A DNA stretch of 58,664 nucleotides, filler included, from Sphacelaria rigidula (GCA_964200075.2; 4 parts of 4 records of this genome joined end to end with filler, not necessarily neighbours in it), one strand, 5' to 3'; positions 13,061-27,200 are shown, counted from the whole stretch's first letter. The notes: generated by a model from the letters alone, not told the origin. Translations and numbers: made by a program.

Positions 13061-13625
13061 CTGTGCTCATGATCATGCATGCCATAGCCATATGACCGTT
13101 GACCTCGCATCCCTACAAAGCCGGGACGGTGCACGCCGGGTTTTCGCCAGAACAGGCTCGCAATCAATCACCAAGCACGAAGCGCTGTGGTGTATTCGGC
13201 GAGTCGCATGAAGGGTAAGCTGCATCCTGTCAAGATTGTTCGGCCCGAAGCGTACTGACTATCTTGCAGTTGGACGACAGCCTCCAATGAGTTACGCCAT
13301 TTTTTGGCGTTGCCACTTCCAGAGATAGCCACGGCTTATACACTGCCTCATGGGTGTCTTGCCATTTGAACACTACATGGTACGATCATTCCCATTGTGC
13401 GCAGCTGAGGTTCTCCCACCCCGCACGATATGATCTAGCTCGACCATTATTATGGTTACCGCATAAAAAAGCACGCGCGCAAAAATATATCCGTAACCTG
13501 GTTGCCTAGCTTACGCAGTGAGTGGCGTGTTTTACAGCGTCATCGCCAACCGACGCCAACCCCTATCGGGGGTCGGCCCCTACAAAGCTGGGACGGAGCA
13601 CGCCGGGTTCTCGCCGGACGAGGCG
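13058..13625 (-). mobile_element. Long copy of the C-tract-associated repeat family with internal direct repeat
   Basis: Homologous to 19765-20295, 21700-22110 and 52335-52905. Module CCCTACAAAGCYGGGACGGWGCACGCCGGGTTYTCGCC occurs at about 13111 and again at about 13578. Confidence 0.85.
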
Positions 13626-14593
13626 AAGAGGAAGGGGGAGGGGGATTAATGTGCAACCAACAAAACAAGGAAAAAAATATGAATGTCTCCAGCTGCTGTT
13701 TTACCGTATATACGAACTTTTTCATCATGAGTTGCTGAACACAACCCTAATAGACAGTCAACGTGCTATTACTCTCCACTGAAGTGTCTACTGCAAGCTC
13801 CGGATGTCTCTGCTTAGCGTTCCCCAACACTACTGATAATGTTAAGCTATGCTGGCAACAGAAAAAGGATCAGAAAGACGGCAAAGACTAAAGCAGAGTA
13901 AAATAAACACCCATTGCCTCTCTTGTCTATGGTTGAACGGCCGTGACCTAAATAGCCATACACGGCTTCGCTGGGGGGTGGTTCATCTACAGTTCATCTG
14001 TACGGGAACGAAGTGGCCATATTGACCCCCGTTGATAGCTATTGCGATAGTCACTCCCCTCCTCCCGGGCCTCGTTCCTAGCTGAACATTTTCTGGGGCA
14101 AACTGCCTTACACACATGGTTGACTTCGCAAGATTTCCGATTGTTCTGCCAACAGAGAACCACCGTCCCCCCGCCTGGCAACCCCTGGATGTCCCTGGAC
14201 TGTCAGCCGGCGAAACTATTCCGAGTCGAGGCTCGCAGGCAAAGAGTGGAATGATGACAAGGTATGGATACTATTACCCCTCATCCTCAACGAATGGCGA
14301 TGACGCCATCTGAACGTATCGGTGTTTGGCTTTCTGAAACCGAAAGTCGAATATTTCCTAGCCTTGTACACCACCACTACACCATCCCGATCTTCGTCTA
14401 CCCACTTTATCTGAGGGTAACAATTTCTGCATGATTCAAATATTATTTTTTCGATAGTTCCAAGTCCTGCCCTTCAATACGAGTCTGTACTGTTGTAGTT
14501 GCAACATCAATCTTTTTGGGACCGGGCCTCCAGAACGACCAAGAGGCTGGTTGGGAATGGCGTGTCCTGCGTCTAAACGAAACAGTGGCGTGT

Positions 14594-14693
14594 NNNNNNN
14601 NNNNNNNNNNNNNNNNNNNNNNNNNNNNNNNNNNNNNTTAATTAATTAANNNNNNNNNNNNNNNNNNNNNNNNNNNNNNNNNNNNNNNNNNNN
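14594..14693. other. Artificial contig-joining linker (N44-TTAATTAATTAA-N44)
   Basis: Exactly 100 nt; the 12-mer gives stops in all six frames; identical to 29286-29385 and 43976-44075. Confidence 0.97.
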
Positions 14694-15293
14694 AAGCACG
14701 GATTTTCGCACACGAATATTTGTTCAGCGGCCAATCTCGAAACCTCGGAGCCAAGCGAATCTGAAAAGTAGGCTAGGCTCCTCTCTGTGGGGTGATGCAA
14801 AGTGTCGGAGACATGTATTGGCGGTTTTCTTGGTTCGGGGGTCAAAAGGTGGGTTAAACGCCCCAAAAGTGAACAATCCGTGGGCCAAAAATCTGTTTGC
14901 CATAACACCCGGCCTTGTAGTATCATATGATCGACTATATGCATTTTTGTTTTCCTCCATCTAAATGCGATTGTGTTTTTTGGTCGGGCCGACGTTTGTT
15001 TTTGCTCTGTTTCAAGTTTTTCCCAGTTTTGTGCTTTTTACTGTTGCCTTACCGTCTCTGTCCGCATATATGATGCTTGAAAGTTAGCCTGCGACACGGC
15101 AAGAGCCAAGCGTGAAACCCTCTGCGGTGTGCTTTTCAAGAATGTTTTCGCTGCGGACGGTTCATGCCGCCCTGCTTGTTTCACAATTCAAAAAAGGTTC
15201 AGAGACCTCTCCGGGGTATATATTTGTGCAATAAAAGCTATCGCTTTGAATCTTATGCTGACCATTCCTCTGTTTTCTTGGTTTTTTGGACAG

Positions 15294-18200
15294 ATTCTGA
15301 GCATGAACATCCGCAAGGGGCAGTTGGTGAGCACGGAACATGCGTCCAGCCCAACAGCACCGGTAGGGGTGGAGATTGCACTGGATGGCCCGGAAGTTGC
15401 ACCTGCCTTTTTCGACAAGCTGTTTCCAGAAGGTGTTGTACTGTGAACCGACCGTCTTGAGCTTCTTGGGTAAATCTCCCCGTCGAGCCCTCTGCACGTC
15501 GTGTCGCCGTTGTTGCTGCTGCTGCTGTTGTTGTTGTTGTCGCTTTTGTTGTTTTTGTCGTTGCTTTGCCCGACATTGAGAGTTGTTTTTCATGGTTCGA
15601 CGCCATGTCTCGTTCTGCACTGCACTGCACTCCACTATGCTGTGTTATTGTCGTTGCTGTTTTTTATGGGTGATTTCAGCATGCCTGGCATTCTATCGAT
15701 ACTCGTTCCATGAGTTTACCTCATGTGTCTTCATGTACAGTACTGTACTACACTACACTGTGCTGTGCTGTGCTGTGCTGTGCTGTTGTCGTTGTTGCTG
15801 TTGTTTTGTATGGGTGATTTCAACATGAGCCGATATTTTTTTGTGAAGAGTTACATGATTTCGCGTCATTTGTCTTCATGTGTTGTACTGCACTGTGTTG
15901 TACTGTGCTGCGAAGTCTTCGGAAATCACTACCCTCAAAGCACACCCTCCAGCGTACTTCCAAGCAGTTGCACCAGCACGCCGAGAGCGAACATTTTTCA
16001 CCATCAAATGCTCACGACCAGAACAGAAGATTCTCCAAAAGTGTACCTCTAAGTTTGCGCATTTGCTCGGATTTAGGTTGTGGGAGTCCTTTCATGCCTG
16101 CTTGTAGGCATTCTCGACATGTTTTTCTTTCAACTTTCATAACATTTTTCATGGTTGTCGCCACGAAATACGATCAACACCCGGGTTTCATTCCCGTGAA
16201 AGAAGCTCTGCACCTTTGAGGGTCGTCAGGACCAGTTCTAGTGTGTGCTGGCCGTACGCCCTCACCTCAACGCCTCGTTAACCAATGCTCAGTGTTAGTC
16301 CTGACTTTCAAGACGTGGGTGGTGTTATAATATGCTTCGCTCAGAGCATACTACAAACTGTGTACATTTCTCGGGTGATGTGTTGTGGGCCCCAGGTTAT
16401 CATCGCCAGGGGGTGGTATATACAGTAAAACTGCAGCACCCTTGTCTGGAACAGAGCGAAAATCAGCGATACCTTCTCGTCTTCGCTCTTCTGGCCGGCA
16501 ACAACCACAATAACCGTAGAGTGGTGGATGCATCCCTGTACAATGACTCACTTCCCTTACCCGCTTGCTGAGAACAAAACGAGAACGCAGCGCATCTCTT
16601 GATTCAAGGACGAAAACGCGGATGTCATAGAACCGTGCACCGATATTCAGCAACACGGGCTACAGGGAACGAACCCGTAAGTTCTGGCCTGCTGGTCGGC
16701 TGGTGATGGCGGAAAAATGAAGAATAACTCGAGCCCACAGTTCTGCAGGAAGCAGCAGCACGAACACATGTTTTCTGGTTCTCTGGAGACGTTTTGAAAT
16801 GTTTATTTATCGGCAACATTCACCTGATATATATATTTTTTTATTCAACCCCCCCCACCCCCCGACGTTTCTTTCTTTGTATGTTGGTAAAGTGTATCCG
16901 CCGATGAACCCGATACATCGCCAGCACGAGACCCCGTTTTACACATGGATGTACCAGACCTCTAGCGCGTCGACGGCGCACCAGGAATTCGTGGCCAAGC
17001 AGCTCTGGCGCATCGCGGCTGACCTCACCCGGTACAGCGGTACCGACAACAACGACGAGGATAGCGATGGCGACAATGGCCAGGTGGAGCCCGATGATAC
17101 TCGCGACATGGAGCTGGAATCCCACCCCGCTGAAACTGAAGGAACACCGTGAGTCGAGTCGCTTGTTCGATTTCTGAAGTGGTGAGAGCGTCGGCGGCGG
17201 CACGTACCGTGCGCACCGTACAATAGACAGCCGTGTGTACGACCCCCGGGTGATTGAGCTTTTGAAACCCTAACGCTAGTCACTAGGGGATGATATTTTA
17301 GGGGTTGTTCTCATGATCTTGCGTGCCGTAGCCATATGAGCGTTGGCCTCGCATCCCTACAGAATGATATTCAGGGGGTGATGTACTACGTACGTTAGGT
17401 GGTGTGATTCAGAGTGGTGACATACAACGTGCAGTGATATACATGGTTGTCTATGGTAGGTTGTGGCGCAGGAACGTGAATAGATGCGGTGCTGCCGTGG
17501 CGCTCCGAAATCTAGGCCCTTCTGGCGCGTAGTGCCAAGTGATACTATGGCGGTCGGTGGCTTGCCGCCGGGTTCAGTTTTAGGGGGCCACCGAATCATT
17601 CGAGACTTGACTTTGCTCATTCGGCGGGTTTGCTGGGCTGCAGTCTGTCGCTGCAGAGGTGGATCACACATAGCGACCACCTCGCAGCGGGTCTGATCAT
17701 CCAATACATTAGAATTTCAACACAAAAGAAGAAAACTATATGCTCCCCTGTTCCGGCTGAAACACTCATTTCACCATCGGCTGCTGTACGTACTCCTTTG
17801 GTGTCGAGTCGAGCGCCATCGTGACAATGTAGTGTGTGGGAGCCCTGTATTCTGCACTAGACAAAATAAAAAAAGGAACGAAAAACACCGTCAAGATATT
17901 GAATATCTTGTGCATGTGTACATTAAGCCTCCTGGCGCAGAAATGAAGGATAAAATTACGCAAAATGGCGTATATATTCCTTCAACTTTTTGCCCTCCGG
18001 CAGCCCCTCCGGGAATGGCTCAGGCGGCGTCTCCGGTCGTAGACTTAATTGATGTCTCTATGGAATTGATCACCCCGAGTGATGACCCTCAAATCTCGTG
18101 GTGGCATAAAGATTCCATTTTCGCCAGAATAACATGACGAGATACATTTGCAGTAGATGAGCTGCAATTTTTTTCGTTCCCAAGACCTTTTGTTTTATTC

Positions 18201-21200
18201 GACTGGTGATGAGAGTGATTCTGTGCAAGACCTTGGACGCCAAAGCCATGTGGGAGAGACCGGCCATTTTTTTTTTTCTTCTTCTTTGACGTGTTAGTCT
18301 ACTATGGTGTTCTGTTTTACCTTTTCTGTTTTTTTTTCTCTTTTTTTCGTTCAGCGAGTGTTTCGATTTTGTCTTGTCTCGGGTACGTCTATCATGTGAC
18401 CACAGCTGGATCATGACTTCTGGGGGGTCAGTAAAAGTGTGACAATTAGTTCATCAATGAATCCAATCAACATTTAAAGGTATAACTTACGGTGGCGAGG
18501 CGGCCGCAAGTTGTAAGAAAGTCGAAAGAGAGTATGTCATCGTCTCAGAGGGAATAATTCCTCCAATGTATTGTAACCAATGGTAATATTATGGAGGCGG
18601 GGATGGAGTGCGTTCCGCGCACAACTCAGAAACAGAAGCTCGGTTGATGCGAGTAAAAGGAATATGGAAAATATATTACAGGCGCTTTCAGCCACTACCC
18701 AGAAAGTCGTTCGTGTCTCAACACGTGCTTCAACCCAAGATGAATAGTGAGAACGCTTATGTCCACGAAAGGAGTAAATTCACGGTTAGTGTTCATGGGA
18801 TTTGGGGGGGGAAAGCTGCACGTGAAACTCTTGGACAACGACAAACATCGAGGTGTTCGCCCCGTACGTGTGGTGCCGTGTAGGCGCGTTTGTTACGCAC
18901 GTATGTTTGTCATTGCCACCACATACGCCACCCCTCCCGAAGTATCTTAGCTAACTCTAACCCTAAATCCACCCCCATGGCCCTATGGTGCGCTTGGAAA
19001 AAGGTGGATATCTAGGCTATCTGCGCTGGTAGAGTGGATATCTACTGTCTATTTGTACTGTACTGTATACACTGCACTGCAATGATCGAACTCTAAAGCT
19101 GGGTGTAATACGTCATATCCAATGCTAACCCGACCAGATACCCCCGCCCCAACTTCTCCGCGGTCCCCGCTCCGGTCACGGCCGTTACATTTCCTCCCGT
19201 TCTCCTTCGAATTCCTCAACACAACATAACATAACACGAAATTCAATATCGGGAAGCACAGAAGAAGGCGTGGGGCAACAAGCAGGCAGCTAGAGAAGGA
19301 AAGGATGCGGGCCAACGTCGTAGAGACCTTACTGTCCGAAGCCACTCTGGAAGATGACGTGGTGTCAGGAGAAGCAACAGCGGAGGAACTCATGAGCTCA
19401 TCCTCCCTGCTATCCGAACCCCTAGATTTTCCGGACAGCTCCCAGGCGTTAGTTTCGGTGGCGTATGTTACGGGGGGGAGGCGTTCGGACGCCGGAGGCA
19501 TAGAGCACAAGCGATGGTGCGTGGTGGTCAGTAGGAACTTCGTGTCGGCGAACCAGGGGCAGCTGGTGAAGCTCGTTGGGATCAAGGCGGCCCGCGAGGT
19601 AAGGGTGTGTGCATGTGTGTGTTGGGGGGGGCTGGGGGGAGGGGTGGGGGGGGGGGGGGTCAGACGAAAGTACTTTTGTCTAAATCGTTTCGTCTTGTTA
19701 AGCTTTACGAATATCCATGTTGCGATCACGGCTGGGTTCGTCGGGGATCAGCTAATGTGCGATAACCCGGCGTGCTCGATGGGGTCGGCTTTGGTTGGCG
19801 ATGGCGCTGTTAAACACGTCACTCATTGCGTAAGTCAGGCAACCAGCGTACCGTTTTTTCTTGCGCGCTTGCGTTTTTTTGTGCAGTAACCATAATGGTG
19901 GTCGAGCTAGATCATTTTGTGCGGAGTGGGAGAAGCTCGATTCCGTGCGAAGGGGACGATCAAAATACGTAGTGATGAAATAGTGAGACACCCATGAGGT
20001 AGTGTGTGGAACCCGTGACTGTCTCTGGCAGTGGCGATACCAGAAAATGGAGCAACTCGTTGGAGGCTGTCGTCCAAATGCAAGATAACCAGTACGCTTC
20101 GGGCCGAACAATCTTAGCAGGATGCAGCCCACCCTTCATGCGACTCGCCGCACACAAGAAGGCGCTTCGCGCTTGTTGGTTGATTGCGAGCCTGGTCCGG
20201 CGAAAAACCGGCGTGCTCCGTCCCGGCTTTGAAGGAATGCAAGGTCCATGGTCTCATAACTATGGCATGCAAGATCATGAGCAAACCTCCCCCCCTCGCG
20301 CGTGCCCCGTTTCTTCTTTGTCCTCAGTTTCCGTGTTTATGGATGCATCCCTTTTTCGTTGCTCAATCTTCAATCTCAATTATTTTTGCTCCTTTTTTCC
20401 TTCAACGATCTCGATATTCTTCCATGGCTGGGAGCATACACTATCGATATGCCTCGGCCCTCGTTGGTGGTTCTGGACGCCGCCGCAAGGGCTTTCAAAA
20501 GTGTTCCAGCCATGAACGGTTGATATGGCCCTGTCGCTCATGTCACAGAACACGTGGTGGGTTAGGTGGGGTGACCCTTACTGCCGTATAACTGGAGATG
20601 TCCTCTGTGATGATGGCACCGACAGCGTGATGATGCACGTTAAAACACAAGGAAACTCCACACGTGGGGTGAAAGAACGTGGACTCCCCTTGATCATACG
20701 TCGTGGTGGAGTAAGTCACAGCCCAGGAACGTTTCAACAAGTTAGCAAACATCTAGCACCTGCTTCGGTGTATTCTGCACTTCTTGCGTGCCTTGGAAGT
20801 CCCAGAAGTCATTTTCCGCAGGCGCACTAGCATCACTCACGCCATACAGGGCGGCACGATCCTCCCCCTGCGGGTTTTCTTGATTTTGACTGACTGATTA
20901 TCGCACTTGAACTGACCTTCTTGTTTTCCTATATGTTTATATCGGCATCTCCCCCCGCCTTGTCAAGAAAGGGATGCGTGATCAACGGTCAAATGACTAA
21001 GGCAAGCAAAAAATGACTACGCCCCTTCGCCCCCACTGGTTCGGCGAAGACCGGTGCGCTCCGTCCCGGCTTCTTCGGGATGCGAGGTCAAAAGCCATCT
21101 GACCACGGCATGCAATATTATGAGCCCGCCCGCCCGCCTGCCTACCTGCCTGCCCGCCTGCCCGCCTGCCCGCCTCCCCGTATTCCCCAGGCGTTGGCGA

Positions 21201-24200
21201 AGGTTGAGGGCAATCCGGATGGTAGCGAAGAGGATCCTGTGCTCATAGATGTAGAGTACCAGCGTTCTTTTCTCAAGGCTTTCCGGGCTGTCATGTCGAG
21301 ACGGACGGGGTGTATCTACGCTGCACTAGACACCCCAATGGTGCGGGTGGAATTTTCCGGGACGAGGTGCGTGTTTTTTTTTTTCGGTGACGACGCGATG
21401 TCTTGTTGACGGCTTCGCAGGCGTGCGCGCTGTATATGTCGCATTACCCGTACTGTTGTGTTTTCGTTTCGTTTGTGTTTTATTTCGATTTGGTGTGGTG
21501 TAGATGAATTGCGTTAGGATCCCGTAGGAGTCATGGCCGTGGGAATCATGTCGAGACCTGTCGAGTACGTACATTGAAATACTGAACACGAGTAAGTGTT
21601 GCCCAAGAAACGCTAAAGATCCCGACGTGGGAGTCCTTGTAATCGTACCTTTACATGCACGCAGTCGCCCCGACTCGAGTGGCCAGAAGAAGGTGGTGGC
21701 GGGGGTGGGGGTGGAGGGTGGGTAACCGTAATCTTGCATGCTGTGGTCATAGAAGACCATTGACCTCGCACTCCTTCCAAGCCGGGATGAACGACGCCGG
21801 GGTTCCGCCGGGCCAGGCTCGCAATCAACCACAAAGCGCGAAGCGCCGTGATGTGTTCGACGAGTCGTATGAGGGGTGAGCTGCATCCTGATAAAGTTGT
21901 TTGGCCAGAAGCGTACTGATCATTCTGCATTTGGATGACAACCTCTGATGACTTGCTTCATTTTCTGGTGTCGCCGTCTCCAGAGACAGTCACGGGCTAC
22001 ACTGCCTCATGGGTGTCTCACCATTTCAACACTACGTACAAGTATCGCCTTTGCGCGGAGCTCAGGCTTTCCACCCCGCACAGTATGATCTAGCTCGACC
22101 ACCATCATGACTACTAAGGGAAGGGGTACGCATCTCTGACCCATTTTTTTGCTCTAAGATGTTGACATGCTATGCGTCGCAAGACCAGTAGCAAATACCG
22201 TCGAAGAGACTTCATTTTGTGAAAAAAAAAATGCTCCCCGGTGTTAGAGGGTGAAGGCACGCCGATTCTCCAAAGCTGATCGCTTAACTTTGCCCTACAC
22301 GTTCACGAAGTAGCGTAATGTGACACTAGGTGTCGTATATGACGTCCATATGTTTTTGCATGTGTGTATCGCAAAGTCAAATTAGATGTTTTCCTGTGAT
22401 GTATTCGCTTCAGTGTGTATTCGCGAGCTCTTCCCTGCAGTCATTTCAACCACGTTGATGGACAGTCGTCTCACCGCGGGTCTAAGCCATACGAGTGATG
22501 GGTGGTGAGGGCAGCTGCTGTATGTATTTTCTAGTCCTGTTATTATGAAACTCTGACTAAATATTGTTTTGTCAACACCGCTGTCATGAGATCTTGTCCG
22601 TGACCAAGAGCCGTCGATATGAGCAGTCACGGGTAAAAAATGCGCGTTTCACAATCGAACACACCATAAGCCTGCAGGATCTTCTATAGCGTCTGTTGCA
22701 ATCGGCTGCAAGGATGAGAGTCGCCTCTTGTGATTCTGAGACTGAGTGCACATCAAGATTTTGTCGTGACCCATCTTTTCTCTGGCACAAAGTGCTTTTG
22801 TATCATATTTCACGTCCTGGCTAATAAGATTTGATTGATCAATCAACCGATCAGAATCACATGAAGATCGCGTTGGCAAAAAGTGCGTTGCGTACAGTAT
22901 AAAATATTGTATATTGTACGCAAAGGCGCTTTTTTGCCGATTCGAGTCATTATCCAAGGTGTGCTATCTTCACGCCGCGCGATTTACCTGGCGCATGTTT
23001 TTTTGTTGTTGTTGGGTATCACAAATAGGTTTTGCTGGAGACATCGTCTGTTATCTAAATTCCAATACTTATCGCTTTGGTTTGATTGAGAGGCCGATTG
23101 ACCACCATCGTGTCAGAGGGGGGTATGTGACTACTGTGGCACATATCCACACACGCCCACACCCATGCGTTATGACATTTTTGTCGCTGCGTTAATGCGG
23201 AGACATCCCTCTGTCACAGTGGTTCGTTCCACCACCTTCAAGTTTTGCCTTTTTTGTCACCGGAGAGTTGTCATGCTCCACGTAAAAGGGCGACCCACCA
23301 AAGCCGCACCTTTTACTCCATTCAATCTCACCCATGCCCACTTCAACTCCCACATCTGAGGATGGCAACTTCTTTTGCGTTTTTTACTCCATTCACTCGT
23401 TATTGACTTCTGTTTTGTTTTTTCTTCCTGCAGAGCGATCGAGGAAGAAAAATTGTCAGAGATTTTCAATGTCGATACCCCGTTCACCGGTGGCCGCCAG
23501 GGAGGAGCTATTCAGGTATTGTAGCTGCGTCTGTCCCCCCCCCCCCCGCGTAAGCCTGTCTTATGCATTTTTGGGTGTGTTTCACGTCCCGCGGAAGCCG
23601 GGTTCCGCACGCCANNNNNNNNNNTCTACTGTTTCTGTTCCGAATCTTGCCCGCACGGGGGGGTAGTTCCGGTTTTTTTGCTTGGGCCGCCCCCCCCCCC
23701 CCCCCCCGCGTAAGCCTGTCTTATGCTTTTCTGTGTGTGTGTCATGTCCCACGAAAGCCGTGTTCAGCACGCCACGAATCTTGTGTGAACCATACCACGC
23801 AAGGTGTCCTTGATCGTCACTCCTAGCGTGTACAAGTTAGTCCCTGGTAGAAAATTATCATTCGGTCAGTAGCCACTTCTCAGGCCATTTTCAACCTCCG
23901 AGAAATAAAAATTTCACATGCGCGGTCCTGAAGCGGAGCTCGAGGTCGTCAGTGACATGCGGACGCTCTCACCGATGAAAAACTCGAGGAAGGAAACATC
24001 CGAAGAAACAGAATATACAGAACAAACGGAAGAGAAGTAGAGAAGATGGAGACGAGAGGAAAGGAAGGGAAACGATGTAAAGAACATGAACCCACCACAC
24101 TGAGATCCAGTACCGGCCCCAGGGAAAATCCGCCGACCAGCCCCCGTCGCAAGGCTTCGGTTAAGGAGATCCGTGCATGAACAAAAACGAACCAAGAGCA

Positions 24201-27200
24201 AGGGTCGAGAGAGAAGTTTTGGCATCTTCCTCTGTGTTGTAATATTCGACCGGTCATGTTTGTAAAATCACTCTCGCGTATCATCGGGCAGTGCGGAAGA
24301 AATAAAAAAACGGGTATACTTCCAGAGTGTACGGCATACTGGGGATACGAGTTGTATAATAGTGAAAGATGACAGTGCTGCATCGTTACTCGGTTTTACC
24401 AGCCTTCAGTTTATACGACTCCCATCCAAGAATCCCCCGACATGGGCTATGGGCTAAACAGGTGATTAGGTTCAAGGGGGGCCATTCTTACAGTGGCGAC
24501 TACACGGGGCTGCTGAAAAAAGATGTGCCGCTGGGGGCGCGAATGTTGGCGTCTATGGCGTGGGGCAGCAGAGGCAGGTGCGGATGCCTATTCCGGGCCT
24601 GGATGATTCCTCCCTCCTGGCACAGTTGAAGCAGTATTTGAGGTGGAGAGGGGCAGAGACAGAAGGCGAGACATGCGTATCAACACCTTTGCGGTGTACG
24701 TCCCCTTTTTCAAATGTAAATGCCATGTGTCATAGTATTATTTTCTGTGTTTTTTTTTATATCGTTAAACACTTGTTTACCTCGGAAGTTCCGCGCATGC
24801 ACTCCTGTACGCGTTACTCTGTGCGTGGTCGTGCGTGTTCGGGGTGTACGGTGCGTGCGCTCGTGTGTGTGTTTTGCGTCGGCAGGAAACTTCGGCTGTG
24901 GAAAGATCCGGACACGAGAACCCAGAAAATATCGTTGGGTGTGTCGATGAGGCAGAATACCTGGACCGTCCACAAGCTGCCAACCCCATCGCGTACGATA
25001 ACCAACGCTGACGACAGCAGTGACGCTCAGTTCACCGACGCCGAAGGCAAGACCGACGACGGTGATCACGAGGCATCAGTAGGCGGAGGTGTGTAGGGCA
25101 GCAACGTGAAATTGTAGCAAGGCATAGGTTGGGAAAGGTGTCGGTTACGATCATGGAAGAGTTCCCACAAGCGCACGTACTTGTATATATATCCTGCGCT
25201 ATTTTAATTTCTTGATTATTTTTCTTTACTCCAATTTCATATGGTCAAGTTCCTTTTTTTGTCTTCTGTTATTTTCGATAAGATGTTAGCTTGTCTCGCG
25301 AAGATGTAATATATATATATATACATGTATATACTCGGTAGTATATCGGAAGGCGCGTTCACCTGTCGACCTTTTCGTAGATGTTATATTCGTCCCTGAG
25401 TGAATGGCAGCTGGCCTAAGTTTGCGGATCAGATCGACGTATTTGTTTGCCTCGCCTTCGTTCCTTTTGTACACTGGCTAGTATCCCGGCTCTTGCAGAA
25501 AATCCACAGTACTCACGGTCGAGGAACATCGTAGACCAAATTATGTTCACCTTAGAGACGGGGGGGGTTCTCTGCCGCACGTGATGTTGACTGATCAGTC
25601 TTGTGGATGAAGTTGAATAGCTCCACCTAACTTGTACAATGGGACGGACACCGCAGGTCTTGAAGATCCTTCCTATCTGCCTTTCGCAGTCCTTCGAGCG
25701 TATTCGTTCCATTTCGTCTGCTAGCGTTTTTTTTTTTTTTTCACATATTCGAGTTCCCCCATCCCGCTCCCCTTCCCCTCTGCCTTGCTCTCTTTTTTTT
25801 TTCGTGTTCTCAATATCTATATCACAATGTGTACGCAGGACGTGAAGAAGCGAGTACAAAAAATGCTGCAAAAGTTCTCAATGGACACAAGTCCTCCAAG
25901 AAGCACTTTGTTTACAGCTCGTCGACTTCTGTCGCGGCGTCTGCTTCTCCGCAGGTGCATGTTTCTTTTACCCTGCCACCTACACACACACATATATATA
26001 TATATATATTATTTTCTGGCAAAAGTCGCGTTGAAGCAGGCCGACTTGCTCCTGCTCTAGTTTTTCTCGTCATGATCGCATGATAAATGTGCAGTGAAGG
26101 CCATGTACAGGGGTGTTGTACGGGGTGGACCACAGCACCGCCCTCCATCGAGTTGTCAACGGTTGAAGGCGACTCAACCACAGCAGGGCTACGCCCCAGT
26201 AACTGTTGGTGACGGGATTTTTTTGAGTATCACTCTGTGACGAGGGTTTTGGGCTCGAAACTCCATCGTCGGCGTGTGTGGATTAGAGGGGGTGGTTCAC
26301 TCCTTATTCCCCCGTGATGCCAACTAATTACAACAATGTTTTCGTGAGATCGAGAGTCTAGGATACGATTGAGAGTTAGGAGCGATCAATCCATAAATGG
26401 AATAGTGCCAGTTCCGAAATACCCCTCCGGGCCTTGTACAAGGCCCCATACTGCTCTTGTAGTAGCTTATCACCGAAGCCTGTGATATCCCCTGAGTAGG
26501 ATGTCGGCGTGTAGCTGTAAGCACGCCACAGTGTTACAGGCAAGCAAAAACACACACGAAGCGAAAAATTGTTCGAGTTACAGCGAATAATATAACTCGC
26601 TCTCAATTAACGCTAGACTCTCAATCTCACGAGAATATTGTTTTTCACGTAGTATGTGAGGTCAGCGGTCTTATAGCTACGACATGCAAGATCATGAATA
26701 TACCCTCCTCTCCCTGCTGTGCCCAGAAAGGGACAATGGTATCAGGGCTGGCTAATGATATAGCATGCTGAGCAGTTTCGGCTGCCAAGATAGAGGCAGA
26801 TAAAATTACGACAGAGTAGCGAAGGAAATGGCATGTGAGGCGGTATGGCTGACATTACATCCCCCAGACACGTGTAGGGGCAAGTTGCAACGGGGTGGCT
26901 GATACCGCGTTAAGCCAAATTGCCCCGCATCAGGTAGGAAAGCAATGCAGTGGCGGAGGTAAAAAGAGGTGTGTACAGTAGACAAAACTTGCCGTGTAAC
27001 TTACACCGCCGATTATTTTAATATTGTTAATAGGGGTTCCTAACTTTTTGTGTATACTGCAGCAGTCAAATGCCAATGTAATGGACGTTTTTCGTCACTA
27101 CGTGTATGGTGAATGACGCATCCCCTGCAAAGTGACCTGGTCCGTCCAAACAGTGGGAAGTTATTGTTCTGACACGAGATGGGAGGGAGGGGGTTGTTGT

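Noticed and set aside
11770..14420. 5' exons of the eIF4B-like gene (candidates near 11775-11830, 14280-14310, 14370-14410)
   Set aside because: Could not be joined into a phase-consistent, motif-supported model.
14638..14649. TTAATTAATTAA as a biological motif
   Set aside because: Centred in exactly 44+44 Ns three times; a six-frame-stop assembly spacer.
15162..15635. Poly-Gln minus-strand ORF
   Set aside because: Produced by an intronic TTG/CTG microsatellite and overlaps a plus-strand exon.
16295..16320. rRNA fragment (rc CCCACGTCTTGAAAGTCAGGAC resembles an LSU motif)
   Set aside because: Match is short and gapped, with no flanking rRNA similarity.
21940..21960. Hammerhead ribozyme core (CTGATGA) in the C-tract element
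   Set aside because: Not conserved in other copies (CCAATGA, CCAACGA) and no matching GAAA-closed stems seen.
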